The position numbers and the translations under genes were made by a program. Positions 26,698 to 27,768 of a DNA stretch of 27,768 nt are shown here, piece by piece. Source of the stretch: Candidatus Xenobia bacterium (lineage in GTDB: Bacteria > Vulcanimicrobiota > Xenobia > Xenobiales > QWHO01); NCBI GenBank assembly GCA_045863235.1, contig BTUM01000100.1, positions 1 through 27,768 of the forward strand, given 5' to 3'. Position 1 is the stretch's first letter, and each line of letters opens with the position of its first letter. The notes under the pieces were generated by a model, which saw nothing but the letters and a program-made list of their open reading frames with translations, searched no databases and was not told where the DNA came from.

Positions 26698-27768
26698 GCG
26701 GAGAGGACCGGTTCCAAGCGCAGCTCGTGGACTACCTGGAGGGAGAGCTTCCCCCCCAGGAACGCGAGCAAGTGCGCCAACACCTGGACGGGTGCGAGTC
26801 CTGTCAGCGACAGGTGGCGGCCGGTGAGCTGCTCGGTCGCCTGACTGGAGAATTGCCCTTACCCGAGCTCCCGGAAGGGTTCATGGAGCGTTTCAGAGAG
26901 CGATTGGACAGCCAGGCGACAGTGATCTCGCTGCCACGAGCACCTCTGGTTCGCTGGCGACGCACCCTGCTGGCTGCGGCTGCCTGTGCCGCGTTGGCAA
27001 TTGGCCTGTTGCGAGTTTTCTTGCCGGTTCCCAGGCCGCAGGTCGTTCTGGCTACGCCTCCACCACTCACGGTGGTCGCTGGCGGCAGCCCTGAGGTGGG
27101 CTCCCAGCCGGTGCGCTCGGCCCAGGCCCTGAGCGACGGGGCCCTGGTGAGCACCGGCCAGGAGGCCTCCTCACTGGTGGTGGGCGCTTCCAGTCAGGTC
27201 TCTCTCGGCCAGAACAGCCAGTTGCGCCTGATCAGTGTCCGACGCAATCTTTCTGTTCGCAGGATCGAGGGAGAGCTCGAGCTGCGCCGTGGTCGGGTCT
27301 GGGTCAACGAGTCCAATGCTCGGCTCGCGACCATTACCCCGCACGCTCGCATCGTGCCCATCGGCACCTCCTACGAGGTGGTGCTGGACGAGCAGTCGAC
27401 CCGGGTACGGGTGTTCAGCGGCCAGGTGAGGGTGGAGTCGGCCGGGCGCGAGCACTTGCTGGATGCCGGTCAGCAGGGGGACTTGCGAGGAGATGGGGCG
27501 GTGGCGGTGGAGCCGCTGGAGGAGGAAGAGGTTGCTCGCCCGTCCCCGCGCCGCCCCCGGATGGGGGAGGCTTTGCCCCGGGACAGCTACCCCAAGGCAC
27601 GCCCTCGCAGGAGTGCTCCGATTGGGGAGATGCACGAGCCGGGTGGACCGGGGATGGGTCCGCGCGAGCCGGGTCGCCCGGGTGGACCGGGGATGGGCCC
27701 GCGCGAGCCGGGCCGCCCGGGTGGACCGGGGATGGGCCCGCGCGAGCCGGGCCGCCCGGGTGGACCGG
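26694..27768 (+). CDS. Anti-sigma factor: zf-HC2 + TM + FecR-like domain + Pro/Gly repeat tail (3' truncated by window)
   Basis: ATGA overlap with sigma gene; LVDYLEGEL..HLDGCESC (HxxxCxxC); TM LLAAAACAALAIGLL; ELRRGRVWV..TPHARIVPIGTSYEV..TRVRVFSGQVRV; no stop before window end. Confidence 0.88.
   Translation, partial: MSGEDRFQAQLVDYLEGELPPQEREQVRQHLDGCESCQRQVAAGELLGRLTGELPLPELPEGFMERFRERLDSQATVISLPRAPLVRWRRTLLAAAACAALAIGLLRVFLPVPRPQVVLATPPPLTVVAGGSPEVGSQPVRSAQALSDGALVSTGQEASSLVVGASSQVSLGQNSQLRLISVRRNLSVRRIEGELELRRGRVWVNESNARLATITPHARIVPIGTSYEVVLDEQSTRVRVFSGQVRVESAGREHLLDAGQQGDLRGDGAVAVEPLEEEEVARPSPRRPRMGEALPRDSYPKARPRRSAPIGEMHEPGGPGMGPREPGRPGGPGMGPREPGRPGGPGMGPREPGRPGGP
27639..27768 (+). 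repeat. 39-bp coding tandem repeat (at least 3.3 copies), PGGPGMGPREPGR
   Basis: Units start at 27639, 27678, 27717 and 27756; near-identical. Confidence 0.95.

Overview
High-GC bacterial chromosomal window with no rRNA, tRNA, CRISPR array or intact mobile element that I can support. The left half holds a membrane-protein gene cluster and a pdxS-pdxT-DUF62-small ORF-Orn/Lys/Arg decarboxylase run. It continues as a Bacillus-like conserved string (decarboxylase ... tmk-holB ... ricT/yaaT) interrupted by extra genes: a hipB-like antitoxin with four upstream operators and only a stub of hipA, a Ycf45-like AAA/R3H ATPase, a PP2C phosphatase and two antisense orphan proteins. The right half encodes an SDR, a NarL-type two-component pair, a RusA-like protein and a nucleoside phosphorylase. 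It also has a minus-strand run (GAF-HD-GYP, a possible BrxC/SspC C-terminal-like protein, a methyltransferase, a beta-helix-TPR-zinc-ribbon protein) and an ECF sigma/anti-sigma pair ending in a 39-bp tandem repeat. The most interesting signals are: (1) two otherwise dissimilar orphans share an N-terminal QDxFxP motif and a C-terminal VxIGxxxL+basic tail, one behind a sigma28-type promoter, suggesting an undescribed export-substrate family; (2) a GGA-loop hairpin repeat array in the pdxS leader; (3) the decayed hipBA locus; (4) a probable CUG start codon. All family assignments come from motif recognition, not database searches.
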